DNA of 64,000 nt from an uncultured cyanobacterium (GCA_963740315.1 CAVUDP010000004.1:64001-128000), one strand, 5' to 3'. Positions 9,615 to 19,123 are shown, counted from the first letter of the stretch. Notes: generated by a model from the sequence alone, not told the origin. A program made the numbers and translations.

Positions 9615-10136
9615 ATGACAATTAATGCAGTGAATTTAATCGGCTATGCAGGTAAGCATCCAGAATTACTTTATTTTCAAAGTGGTAAAGTGCTTTGTAA
9701 GTTCGACATTTGTATTGAGTCAAGTAATAGTAATGGTGAAACGGTATTAGAACATATTGATTTGGAACTTTGGAATAAAACGGCTGAAGTTGCAGCGAAA
9801 TATGTTCCTCAAGGAAGACTTATCGGAATCAATGGCTCTCTCAAGTTTTCAAATTGGAAAGATAAATTAGGGAGGTATAGACAGCAATCAGTAATTCTTG
9901 TGAGCCAGATTTATCTTCTCGGTTCTAAGCAAGATACTTTCACTAATGAACCTCCTGAAAATTTTGTTTTAACTAAAGATTTCAACGATAATGAATACGA
10001 ATATGATGACCATGATAGTTATTATCCAGAAGATAATGAATATGATAATTCAATGGATTACAGCCATTTTGATGATGATTCAATGGATTGTGGCTATTTA
10101 GTTGATATGGATGATGCATACGAACATTTATATTGA
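9615..10136 (+). CDS. ssb: Single-stranded DNA-binding protein paralogue with long acidic tail
   Basis: INAVNLIGYAGKHPE...ELWNKTAEVAAKYV.QGRLIGINGSL.F..WKD is an SSB OB-fold pattern; last 50 aa are D/E/Y-rich. Confidence 0.8.
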   Translation: MTINAVNLIGYAGKHPELLYFQSGKVLCKFDICIESSNSNGETVLEHIDLELWNKTAEVAAKYVPQGRLIGINGSLKFSNWKDKLGRYRQQSVILVSQIYLLGSKQDTFTNEPPENFVLTKDFNDNEYEYDDHDSYYPEDNEYDNSMDYSHFDDDSMDCGYLVDMDDAYEHLY

Positions 10137-10317
10137 TAAATAATATATTTTTTCACCTAAAGCTTTTATCCTAAATTTTAAGAATAATAATTGTAGCCGT
10201 TAAGCGAAGCTCACCTTTATGTATAGCCATTCCTCACAATCTCTCTAATTTTTAATTGCGTTTAAATAATCAGTCCATTTCAATTCACATCTCGCACCAT
10301 TATCGTTAAACCCAAAT

Positions 10318-10446
10318 ACCTGCCTTGGAATAAATTCCTGGGCTAAGATATAAGATACAAAGTACGTTAAAACGCACCAAAAGCCTTGGACAGTCCTATT
10401 CATAGGACTTTCGCTATGAGACGGGGGTTTGCAACCCCCGGCGGTG
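10318..10446. repeat. Dispersed multi-hairpin repeat
   Basis: AGTCCTATTCATAGGACTTTCGCTATGAGACGGGGGTTTGCAACCCCCGGCGG; same family as 9409-9465. Confidence 0.6.
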
Positions 10447-10460
10447 TTGAGACAATACAA

Positions 10461-11054
10461 CTATTTCCCTCCACTCCGAATATACCCGATCGCAACAATC
10501 AAAGCATCCAACATAATTTCATAACTTTGATCGGTTGAACGTTCAAAAGTCATCATTCCCGCTTGCTCGACGCTGATAAAACCATAAATCGCAGCGTTAA
10601 CCATTCGCATCGCATCAATCAGTTGATTTTCAGTTAAATCGTAGCCCTGTATTCCCTGTTGAAACCAACCCAAGGCTTCTTTGATAACTGCATTTGCATC
10701 TGCATCTGTAGGATGCAATTGATACTGCATCATCACTTTGTAACGCGCTGGATACAACTTTGCAAAATCTCGGTTAGCCATTCCCCCGGCTTTGAATAAC
10801 TTAACAGGTTCGCTTATTCCTTGGGTTTTTTCCTGACAATAATCTAGAAAATTTCGCCAAATTGTCAAAACTACCGCTTTTCTCAATTCCGCGTTTCCAT
10901 TGAGATGTTTGTAAATCGCGGGTGGTTTTATACCTAATTCTCGCGCTACCCGATTCACTCCCAGAGCAGTTTCTCCCTCTTTATCCAAACAGGCGATCGC
11001 AGCTTCTATTACATCTTGAGGAGTTAGTGAATTTTCTTTCGTCGGACGACCCAT
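10461..11054 (-). CDS. TetR/AcrR-family regulator
   Basis: N-terminal HTH (VIEAAIACLDKEG..ALGVNRVARELGIKPPAIYKHL); divergent from the amidases. Confidence 0.9.
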   Translation of the reverse strand: MGRPTKENSLTPQDVIEAAIACLDKEGETALGVNRVARELGIKPPAIYKHLNGNAELRKAVVLTIWRNFLDYCQEKTQGISEPVKLFKAGGMANRDFAKLYPARYKVMMQYQLHPTDADANAVIKEALGWFQQGIQGYDLTENQLIDAMRMVNAAIYGFISVEQAGMMTFERSTDQSYEIMLDALIVAIGYIRSGGK

Positions 11055-11068
11055 ATGTTATTTTATAA

Positions 11069-11091
11069 TTTAGTTAACACAATTAACTAAA
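11069..11091. promoter_or_regulatory. Candidate TetR operator
   Basis: Perfect 9-bp arms TTTAGTTAA-N5-TTAACTAAA in the divergent tetR/amidase spacer. Confidence 0.5.
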
Positions 11092-11160
11092 ACTAAATAT
11101 AATTAACTTTATTAAGGGTATCAGAAATTAGGAGAGGGCTAAAGCCCTTACTACGAACTT

Positions 11161-12639
11161 ATGAGTGATTTAGTATTTACACCTGCCCATCAACTTGCTC
11201 GAATGATAAAGGAGCGTCAGGTTTCTGCGGTTGAGGTATTGAAAGCACATTTACATCAAATATCTGGGCATAATTCTAAGTTGAATGCAATTTGTACTTT
11301 TAACGAACAAGCTCTAGAAACTGCGAAACAAGCTGACGAAGCTTTAGCCTCATGTGAAAATTGGGGATTGCTTCATGGAGTGCCGATAACAATTAAAGAT
11401 ACTTTTGAAACTGCGGGATTGCGTACTACTGCGGGTTACGAACCTCTGAAAAATTATATTCCGACAGAGGATGCAACGGCTGTGGCGCGTCTTCGTCAAG
11501 CTGGAGCAATTATCATCGGTAAAACTAGCCCCTCTCAATTAGCTGGTGACTATCAGGGAATAAACGATATATTTCCTATAGTAAATAATCCTTGGAATCT
11601 AGAATATACGCCAGGTGGTAGTACTAGCGGGGGAGCGGCAGCAGTTTCATCTGGTTTTTCATCTTTAGAATTAGCTTCTGATAACGGTGGTTCGATTCGT
11701 CATCCCGCTCATTTTTGCGGATTGTATGCACTCAAGCCGACGGATAGACGGGTTCCGACTACCGGGCATATTGGCGACACTACGAGTATGGATTTTCGCT
11801 GTATTCGCCAAATGTTTGCTGTGGGAGGGTTAGCGCGTTCTATTGAAGATTTGAGTTTGTGTATAAAAATAATTGCTGGTGCGGATGCCCGTCAACCCGA
11901 TATTCCTCCCGTACCTTTGGATGAAGCTGATGAGAAAAGTTTAGAAAATCTCAGAATTGCTTGGATTGATGAAATACCTTTATATCCAGTTGCCAGAGAA
12001 ATTAAATCTGCAATGCAAGCGGTGAGAGAAAAGCTTGTAGATGCTCGGGTTAATGTGGAAAGCTGGATACCGAAATACGATTTTGAGAAGGGCTGGGAGA
12101 TTTATTATGCTGTGGGTACTTATAACCTGATGTATACTCAACCCACCGATTTTAAAAATGTTCGCGAGCAGATGACGTTTTTATGGAGAGAAGCAAAACA
12201 GGGGGATAAATCATTACGGAAAATCAGTAAAATCCCTAATGTAGTACTACCAATATTTTTACAAAAATCCTTAAAGGGTTATTTTGAAGCTTTAACAGAA
12301 AGGGATAATTTGATTGCTCAAATGGATCGAGAATTAGAGCAATGGGATGTGTGGTTGTGCCCTGTGGCGATGACAACTGCATTTACTCATAGAGCTAAAG
12401 GTGCAGCAGTTGAAATTGATGGTAGAAAAGTTCCTTATCAGATGGCGAATGGTGCTTATGTAGTTCCTTTTAATCTTACCGGACATCCGGTTGTGGTGAT
12501 TCCGATTGGTTTTACAAAAGATGGATTACCGATTGGGATGCAAATTGTCGGTAAAAGATGGAAGGAAATGGAATTATTGAGTATTGCGCTTATGTTGGAT
12601 GAAATTGTTGGGGGTTTTAAACATCCGTCTCTATATTAA
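11161..12639 (+). CDS. Amidase-signature family enzyme (copy 1)
   Basis: GVPITIKD, NNPWN..YTPGGSTSGG, SDNGGSIRHPAHFCG, GLPIGMQIVG. Confidence 0.92.
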   Translation: MSDLVFTPAHQLARMIKERQVSAVEVLKAHLHQISGHNSKLNAICTFNEQALETAKQADEALASCENWGLLHGVPITIKDTFETAGLRTTAGYEPLKNYIPTEDATAVARLRQAGAIIIGKTSPSQLAGDYQGINDIFPIVNNPWNLEYTPGGSTSGGAAAVSSGFSSLELASDNGGSIRHPAHFCGLYALKPTDRRVPTTGHIGDTTSMDFRCIRQMFAVGGLARSIEDLSLCIKIIAGADARQPDIPPVPLDEADEKSLENLRIAWIDEIPLYPVAREIKSAMQAVREKLVDARVNVESWIPKYDFEKGWEIYYAVGTYNLMYTQPTDFKNVREQMTFLWREAKQGDKSLRKISKIPNVVLPIFLQKSLKGYFEALTERDNLIAQMDRELEQWDVWLCPVAMTTAFTHRAKGAAVEIDGRKVPYQMANGAYVVPFNLTGHPVVVIPIGFTKDGLPIGMQIVGKRWKEMELLSIALMLDEIVGGFKHPSLY

Positions 12640-12785
12640 TATCAAATACAATGGTATCTAAACAATCTCTCTCTTCTATTCCTCTGCGCTCTCTACGTCT
12701 AGTAAGGTTTTTTTAATCGGTAATTTTATTCCTGCCTGGAAGTAATAAGAGAGGGAACCGATGCCCTTACTACGAACCTTTATTT

Positions 12786-14258
12786 ATGAATGATTTAGTA
12801 TTTACACCCGCATATCAACTTGCTCGAATGATAAAGGAACGATCTGTTTCTGCTGTTGAGGTATTGGAAGCACATTTGAATCAGATTTCTCAATATAATT
12901 CTAAATTAAATGCAATTTGTACTTTTAATCAAAACGCTCTGGAAACTGCCAAACAAGCCGATGCAGCGTTAGCAAAAGGTGAGAATTGGGGAATACTTCA
13001 CGGAGTACCGATAACAATTAAAGATATTTTTGAAACTGAAAGACTGCGTACTACGGCAGGATATAAACCGCTCAAAGATTACATTCCGACTCGTGATGCT
13101 ACGGTAGTGGCGCGTTTGCGTGGTGCGGGTGCGATTATTTTGGGTAAAAGCAATACTGCCGAACTTGCGGGGGATTATCAAAGCGTTAACGATCTTTTCC
13201 CTGCCGTTAATAATCCTTGGAATCTAGATTGCACTGCTGGTGGTAGTTCTGGGGGAAGCGCGGCGGCTGTAGCGGCGGGCTTTTCAAGTTTGGATATAGG
13301 GAATGATGTTTCTGGTTCAATTCGTCAACCTGCTCATTTTTGCGGCGTTTTCGGCTTGAAACCGACGGATAGACGGGTATCGTCAGCCGGACAAATACCT
13401 GAAGTTCCGGGAGAGCCAAAGTGTATTCGTCAAATGCAAACGGTTGGTCCTTTGGCGCGTTGCATGGAAGATTTGCGGTTATGTTTTACACTAATTGCGG
13501 GTGCGGATATTCGGCAGCCAGATATTGCGCCGGTTCCTTTTGATACGATATCTGGTAAGTCTTTGCAAGATTTGCGAATTGCTTGGATGGATGGTTGGGA
13601 TAAACTGACTGTTGCTTCTGAGATTAAATCTGCAATGCAAACTGTAGCGAGCGATTTAACTCAAGCTGGTGTAATAGTCGAAAATTGGACACCACCGCTT
13701 AATATAGAAGAGATTTTACAATTGTGCGATCGCCTAATTGCATACAACTTCGTTTATTCCCAACCTGTGGACTTTGCGACTGCTAAAAAGAGAATTCCGA
13801 TGATATTTCGGGAAATGACGCAGGGGGATAAACAGTTAAGAGAAATTAGCAATATGGGGAATTATTTAGCTGAGTTGTTAAATCCGACTTTGAAAGGATA
13901 TTTTACAGCTTTGAGTGAGCGCGATCGCGTTATTTCTCAAATGGATAAAGCAATGGAAAATTGGGATGTGTGGTTATGTCCGGTTGCGATGACTTGTGCA
14001 TTTACACATCGTCCTATGGGTATATTTATAGATGTGGATGGAAGAAAAGTACCTTATTTATTAGCAAATGGTGCTTATACTTCATTATTTAATCTTACGG
14101 GGAATCCGGTTGTAGTAGTTCCGATTGGTTTTACAAAAGATGGATTACCGATTGGGATGCAAATTGTAGGTAAGAGATGGAAGGAAATGGAATTATTGAG
14201 TATTGCGCTTATGTTGGATGAGATTGTTGGGGGATTTCGGAATCCTAATTTGAGATAA
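12786..14258 (+). CDS. Amidase-signature family enzyme (copy 2)
   Basis: GVPITIKD, GGSSGGS, NDVSGSIRQPAHFCG; tandem paralogue of copy 1. Confidence 0.92.
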   Translation: MNDLVFTPAYQLARMIKERSVSAVEVLEAHLNQISQYNSKLNAICTFNQNALETAKQADAALAKGENWGILHGVPITIKDIFETERLRTTAGYKPLKDYIPTRDATVVARLRGAGAIILGKSNTAELAGDYQSVNDLFPAVNNPWNLDCTAGGSSGGSAAAVAAGFSSLDIGNDVSGSIRQPAHFCGVFGLKPTDRRVSSAGQIPEVPGEPKCIRQMQTVGPLARCMEDLRLCFTLIAGADIRQPDIAPVPFDTISGKSLQDLRIAWMDGWDKLTVASEIKSAMQTVASDLTQAGVIVENWTPPLNIEEILQLCDRLIAYNFVYSQPVDFATAKKRIPMIFREMTQGDKQLREISNMGNYLAELLNPTLKGYFTALSERDRVISQMDKAMENWDVWLCPVAMTCAFTHRPMGIFIDVDGRKVPYLLANGAYTSLFNLTGNPVVVVPIGFTKDGLPIGMQIVGKRWKEMELLSIALMLDEIVGGFRNPNLR

Positions 14259-14276
14259 AGGAAAATAAACTTGTAT

Positions 14277-15320
14277 TTAAGCAACAATAGTTAAATGTTC
14301 GTACTCATGAATATTCATAAGTTTACCTTTTTTGTTCTTCCGAACTTTACTAATTGCACCACTACTAGTAAGGAAAACATACTTATCACTATTCTCACCT
14401 AAGTAATATCCAAAAACAGGGTTTTGACAATGGTGATTAATACGTACAACATACTCATTTATTCCCATTCTTTGTGCAAATAATTCTGCTAAATTCTGAT
14501 GAACTTCTTTAAATTCTAATTGATATTGTTTCTCTAAGATAGATTCGATTAAATAATCGTAGTCACCATCTGGATACTTTTGTTTTAAACTATCGAAAAT
14601 ATCATTATAAATAGACACATCGTCACGAATAAAAGCGATAATATCCTTCCAACTGGCAATCAAATATTCAGGATTTTCTAACATTGTGTATGTCGATTCA
14701 ATTACTTCTGGAGATGTTAATTCGGCTATTCCAAAATCAGTATTGTAAATAGTATGACAAATAGCTTCTTCGTTACGATTGATTTGGTTCTGTAGCTCGC
14801 TTTGTTCTTGTTTTGCTGCCATTTTTACAGCACTATTAGCTTCGCGTTTCTGGCGACGTTCTAAAATAGAATCAACCCGCTGACTCAATTCCGGATTAGT
14901 TAATATCATTAATTCTAAATCAAACTTATTATATAAATGCATTTGACTTGAACTTCTATAATGCGGATTACGTACATATTTGGCTGGTGTAATTCCAAAT
15001 TCCGATTGTAGCTTCTGTGTTATTCCCATTTCACGAACACTAGATAAACAAATCATCTTTGACTGTTCGGACAACTTGGATTTCTCATCACCAAACCAAC
15101 GCTGAATCAGCTTTAATATTGTATATCTTGAAGCTCGGAAGTTGGTGCTATTAATATCAGAAACTAAATCAGAATCTGTAATTGTTTCGTTCTTTACTGC
15201 TGTCTTCGCTGATGTTAATATTTCTTTATAATATTCGCGATTACCTAATTCGTCTAATGTGTCGGAATCCACTTGCTGAATTCCCAATTTAGCTAGTTTC
15301 CAAAATAATGATGATTCCAT
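14277..15320 (-). CDS. Hypothetical protein with an XPA-C-like NPHY...MxLY motif
   Basis: 347-aa ORF with AAGGA SD; contains KYVRNPHYRSSSQMHLYNK followed by a charged helix. Confidence 0.6.
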   Translation of the reverse strand: MESSLFWKLAKLGIQQVDSDTLDELGNREYYKEILTSAKTAVKNETITDSDLVSDINSTNFRASRYTILKLIQRWFGDEKSKLSEQSKMICLSSVREMGITQKLQSEFGITPAKYVRNPHYRSSSQMHLYNKFDLELMILTNPELSQRVDSILERRQKREANSAVKMAAKQEQSELQNQINRNEEAICHTIYNTDFGIAELTSPEVIESTYTMLENPEYLIASWKDIIAFIRDDVSIYNDIFDSLKQKYPDGDYDYLIESILEKQYQLEFKEVHQNLAELFAQRMGINEYVVRINHHCQNPVFGYYLGENSDKYVFLTSSGAISKVRKNKKGKLMNIHEYEHLTIVA

Positions 15321-15391
15321 CGTCGTGTATTCCTTGTTTTAATTGATTTGCGTTCCTACTCTTACTAGAAGTTAAACGAATAAATTCCTGA

Positions 15392-15562
15392 CTATAAACC
15401 TCTGCACTTTTGCCATATTAGAAGTTCACCATCATCTGAATAAATTTTACTATATTGTTGGATAAATCCATTTTTTTTCAATACTCTTTGAGATGGATAG
15501 TTTGACAAGTTGGTATGAGCAATTACTGATTTGATTTCAATTTGCGAAAATGCTTCTTTGAT
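15392..15562 (-). pseudogene. C-terminal remnant of a RimJ/RimL-type GNAT acetyltransferase
   Basis: Manual translation with no start codon: IKEAFSQIEIKSVIAHTNLSNYPSQRVLKKNGFIQQYSKIYSDDGELLIWQKCRGL*. Confidence 0.7.
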
Positions 15563-15583
15563 TTAGTTATGAAATATAATCAA

Positions 15584-15640
15584 GGTTTGTAGTAAGCGCT
15601 TCAACGCTCAAAAGAAGGAGTATTGTCCTCACTACGAACC
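15584..15640. repeat. Degenerate REPIN (GTAGTAAG family)
   Basis: GGTTTGTAGTAAGCGCTTCAACGCT...CCTCACTACGAACC. Confidence 0.65.
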
Positions 15641-15646
15641 TAACTA

Positions 15647-16369
15647 TTATAAAAGCGGTAATTCAATTTCCCACGCTTTGAGATTGGCTTTGCGTTGTTT
15701 CCAGTCGGGCATAATATTATCTAAAGCTTGCCAAAAGTCTTGACTATGATTGTGATGCAATAAATGAGTAAGTTCATGAGCTACGACGTATTCTAAAACT
15801 GACAAAGGTGCATCTGCTAAACGCCAATTTATATGGATGCTTCCTTTTGAGGAACAAGTTCCCCAAGCTCGTTTTTGTTGGGATAGTTTGATAGATTTAG
15901 GTTGAAGGTTGAGTTTGTTGGCGTAAATTTGAGCAAATTTTTGAATATCAAAATAAACTTGCTCGCGCTTCCAATCAATTAATGCTTGTTTTACAGTTGC
16001 TTCTTTTTCATCTTCGTTTAAATGTTGCGGTACTTGGATATCAAAGCCATTTCCATAATTTATAATTACTTTTTTTACATTGCTTGATTTAATTTTCAAG
16101 ATAAAATAACTACCCCGATACATAATTTTTGCATCATTTATATAGCGTTGGGGTAGTTTTGGCGGATATTGATGAATTGTTTCCGTAACAGCTTTGAATA
16201 ACCAGCGTTTTTTGCTATCTATAAAATTAGTAATTAGTTCTTCAGGGGTATTAGTTGGTACTACAACTTCTACCCCTTTAGGACTAACAATAATCCGCTG
16301 GCGTTTACTGCGTTTGCTGTAACGGATAGTATAAGCAATGCTGGTTTCACCAACTTGTAAAACGGGCAT
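15647..16369 (-). CDS. YgjP/DUF45-like zinc metallohydrolase
   Basis: WGTCSSKGSIHINWRL, EYVVAHELTHLLHHNHS..FW, MPDWK motifs. Confidence 0.88.
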   Translation of the reverse strand: MPVLQVGETSIAYTIRYSKRSKRQRIIVSPKGVEVVVPTNTPEELITNFIDSKKRWLFKAVTETIHQYPPKLPQRYINDAKIMYRGSYFILKIKSSNVKKVIINYGNGFDIQVPQHLNEDEKEATVKQALIDWKREQVYFDIQKFAQIYANKLNLQPKSIKLSQQKRAWGTCSSKGSIHINWRLADAPLSVLEYVVAHELTHLLHHNHSQDFWQALDNIMPDWKQRKANLKAWEIELPLL

Positions 16370-16390
16370 GAATTTGCTGTTTTGTTATTT

Positions 16391-17305
16391 TCATTGTTGG
16401 CGAAACCTGTTTAATAATTCTTCGCGAGAAAGTTGTAGTAACAGAGGTGTAAATTCTTGAGGTGATAACCCCGAAATTGGTTCGATAATTGTGCTTAATT
16501 CTCAATCTAAAGAACCAAAGCGGACTTGTAATAAGTTTTCAATCACTGTACGACGTTCTGCTGTGACTCCTCGTTGAACTCCTTTTTGTTCGGCTTCTTC
16601 TAACTGTTGTAAGTAAAGTGGTGATAATGCCATAACTAATTCCCTATCCTCTTCATCTATATTTTGGTTTTGATTTTGAGTAATTTCTAAGATGCTTCTT
16701 AAGTTTAATACTGCATCAATTGCTTTGGCACGCGATGGATTATCTGGAGGTAGTGCTTGTAATTCAACGATCGCTTGTTTTTGTACGTTTCCTTTACCCA
16801 AAAGTCGCAGCCACAATGTTTCTGGGATGCGCGGTAGTTGGTGGATAACGACAATTGCAGTTTTGGCAGATTCACCGAGAAAATATATTCCTTTTCCCCA
16901 GTTTTCTTCGTCTGGAATCGCGTTGAAACTATCCAAGATAGCAATAGAAGCGGTAGGTGTTAATATCCATACTTTGGGAAGCTCCTCTTCTACTGTAGGA
17001 ATATCATCTCTTTTATTTCCGCGTTCTATTTCAGCGATTAAATAGAACACTTTCTTCATGCAGCTACGGATTTGTGAAATCTTAACTGCATTCCTATAAG
17101 GTTCAAATAATGCTATTTTATCGGCAAGTCTCCCTAATAAACCTAATTCTATTTTATCTCTACTGGGTTGGGATGAGGGGACAAAGTAAACGTCAATTTC
17201 TCTAATTTCGGCAGGTACTTTGCGGCTAGTTTCTACATCTCCTAAAGGTTGTAATAATTCTTTAAGATAATCTTTGGCGAATTGATCGTATGGGAACCGA
17301 GTCAT
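16391..17305 (-). pseudogene. Cyanobacterial Rpn-like (PD-(D/E)xK-like) protein with premature TGA
   Basis: MTRFPYDQFAKDYLKELL...EIDVYF...LFEPYR; after TGA at 16502-16504 the frame continues ELSTIIEPISGLSPQEFTPLLLQLSREELLNRFRQQ* to 16391. Confidence 0.75.
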
Positions 17306-17361
17306 GAAGGTTTTTAATTTTTTTTCTTTTGCTGCATAATAATTTTATAATTAATCGGGAA

Positions 17362-18378
17362 TTAAATATTTAAACCGCGAGAAGTTGTTAAATAAACGGC
17401 AAAAGTTCCCAACCAGTGACTGCCAGCGTAATGTTCGCATACCGCATTTGCTAAACCAATTTGACGATGAGTTATAGCAGCATTTTGTAGTGTTTTGATG
17501 CGTGTATCTTCATCGGGTAATCCAGAAATTATCCCTTCTATCATCCAAGCTCTACTTAAATTTAGTCCGTAGAAATGAGTTTGCATATAGTCTTCGGAAT
17601 CATCAACTTCAACGGGTTTTAACCAATCTGTATTATCAACGGGTATATCTGGGAGAAATTCGGTTAACCATTCAGCAAAAGCATTTTTTGTAAGTATTCG
17701 TCGCATTAAATCCGCTTGAGCAAGACTTGGTGAAAGAAAATCGTATCCTAACGGCTCAAATTTTAAAGAATGGTTTTGATTATTAAGATAAAATTGTTTC
17801 GCTTTATTTTCAATTAAGTTAATAAAATCGGTATTTTGCGTAATTATTGCCCAATCTAAGATTAAACCCAATCCAAAAGCAGTTTGTTTGTGCATCCCAG
17901 TGCGATCGCAAATTGTCAGTTTTTGCAGCCAGCGCTGTAAGTTATCTGCAATAAGGCTAAACAATGGTTGCAGTGCAGTTAGCCATTGTTTAGCAGCAGC
18001 ATCATCCCACTCATGCAATTCCGCAGCAAGTTGCAATAACCAAGCGACACCATAAGGAACTTCAAAGCGGGGATGACGTTTAAAATAAGCAGCTTCTCCC
18101 TCAATCTTCTCAGACGTTAAACTTTTTTCGAGAGCTTGTTTTGCTGATATACAAAAAGATGCTTCGGGGAAACAACGAGCCAAACGTGCAAGCAACCAAT
18201 GCCCGTGTACTGATGAATGCCAATCCAAACAGCCATAAAAAGCGGGAGTCAATTCGCGGGGTGGTTTTACATCTTCATCGCTATCGAGCCAATAGATATT
18301 GCTGTGGGGATACTCGCACTCGACGCAGTTTAAAACTAATTGTACAAGTTTTGATGCAGTGGTTTGATTAATTTCCAT
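17362..18378 (-). CDS. DUF2891-family protein
   Basis: PAFYGCLDWHSSVHGHW, FEVPYGVAWLL, GLNLSRAW, YAGSHWLGTFA motifs. Confidence 0.85.
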   Translation of the reverse strand: MEINQTTASKLVQLVLNCVECEYPHSNIYWLDSDEDVKPPRELTPAFYGCLDWHSSVHGHWLLARLARCFPEASFCISAKQALEKSLTSEKIEGEAAYFKRHPRFEVPYGVAWLLQLAAELHEWDDAAAKQWLTALQPLFSLIADNLQRWLQKLTICDRTGMHKQTAFGLGLILDWAIITQNTDFINLIENKAKQFYLNNQNHSLKFEPLGYDFLSPSLAQADLMRRILTKNAFAEWLTEFLPDIPVDNTDWLKPVEVDDSEDYMQTHFYGLNLSRAWMIEGIISGLPDEDTRIKTLQNAAITHRQIGLANAVCEHYAGSHWLGTFAVYLTTSRGLNI

Positions 18379-18386
18379 AGCTCTAT

Positions 18387-18722
18387 TTAACTTACAGCAA
18401 AATCCGTTAACTGACGCATTTTTGGAGTATGAAAACCAATAACAATATCATGTTTTGGTATTCCCATTTTAACTAATTCCCTAGCAAGATCCACTTCCGT
18501 TGTATTTTGCTGAATCCAAATTTTTCCGTTTTTTATATCTAAATGCATCATACAACCATAAATCCGCCTTTGATTATTCCAACCTACACTAACAACTTGA
18601 TAACGATCGCGTTCAATATCAAAAATTTGTTCGATTTCAACTTCTCCATAACTAGGTTTATACTGAGAGCATTCGGTTAATATTTGCTTGACTTTTTCTC
18701 GATATTCATTTAACTTATCCAT
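18387..18722 (-). CDS. xisI: XisI-family protein
   Basis: IFD.ERDRYQVVSVGW...HLDIKNGKIWIQQNTTE..LARELVKMGIPKHDIVIGFH; overlaps the end of xisH. Confidence 0.92.
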   Translation of the reverse strand: MDKLNEYREKVKQILTECSQYKPSYGEVEIEQIFDIERDRYQVVSVGWNNQRRIYGCMMHLDIKNGKIWIQQNTTEVDLARELVKMGIPKHDIVIGFHTPKMRQLTDFAVS

Positions 18723-19123
18723 TGGGCAATCTCCTCTTTTTCGACATCATAAATAATTAATTTTAATTGATTCTCATTTATTATGATTTGCGTAAAAGGT
18801 AAATTAAAAAAATCGTTATAAATTGCCAATGGAACAGCTAAATATAAAATTCTCTCTGGATCTTCAAAACGTAATGCTGTACGATAATTAATAAATTGCC
18901 CCAATGCCGTATGAAATTCAGAAATTTTTGAAGCACTAACAAAGTTTTTAATTTCAACCGCTATTTTATCCGTACCTTTTTCTGCCGCTAACAATTTTTC
19001 AGCACCTAAATCAATCTGAATATCAACCCCGCCATAACGAATACTTAATGGGTCATCTGTAATTACCCATCCGTCTTTTTCTAATGCAGACCTAAAGATA
19101 TTATGAAATAAATCGCGTGCCAT
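18710..19123 (-). CDS. xisH: XisH-family protein
   Basis: ARDLFH...ALEKDGWVITDDPL...IDLGAEKLLAAEK...IAVEIKNF...ALGQFINYR. Confidence 0.92.
   Translation of the reverse strand: MARDLFHNIFRSALEKDGWVITDDPLSIRYGGVDIQIDLGAEKLLAAEKGTDKIAVEIKNFVSASKISEFHTALGQFINYRTALRFEDPERILYLAVPLAIYNDFFNLPFTQIIINENQLKLIIYDVEKEEIAQWIS

Noticed and set aside
10245..10460. 71-aa ORF downstream of tetR
   Set aside because: It lies on a dispersed hairpin repeat and has no protein-like features.
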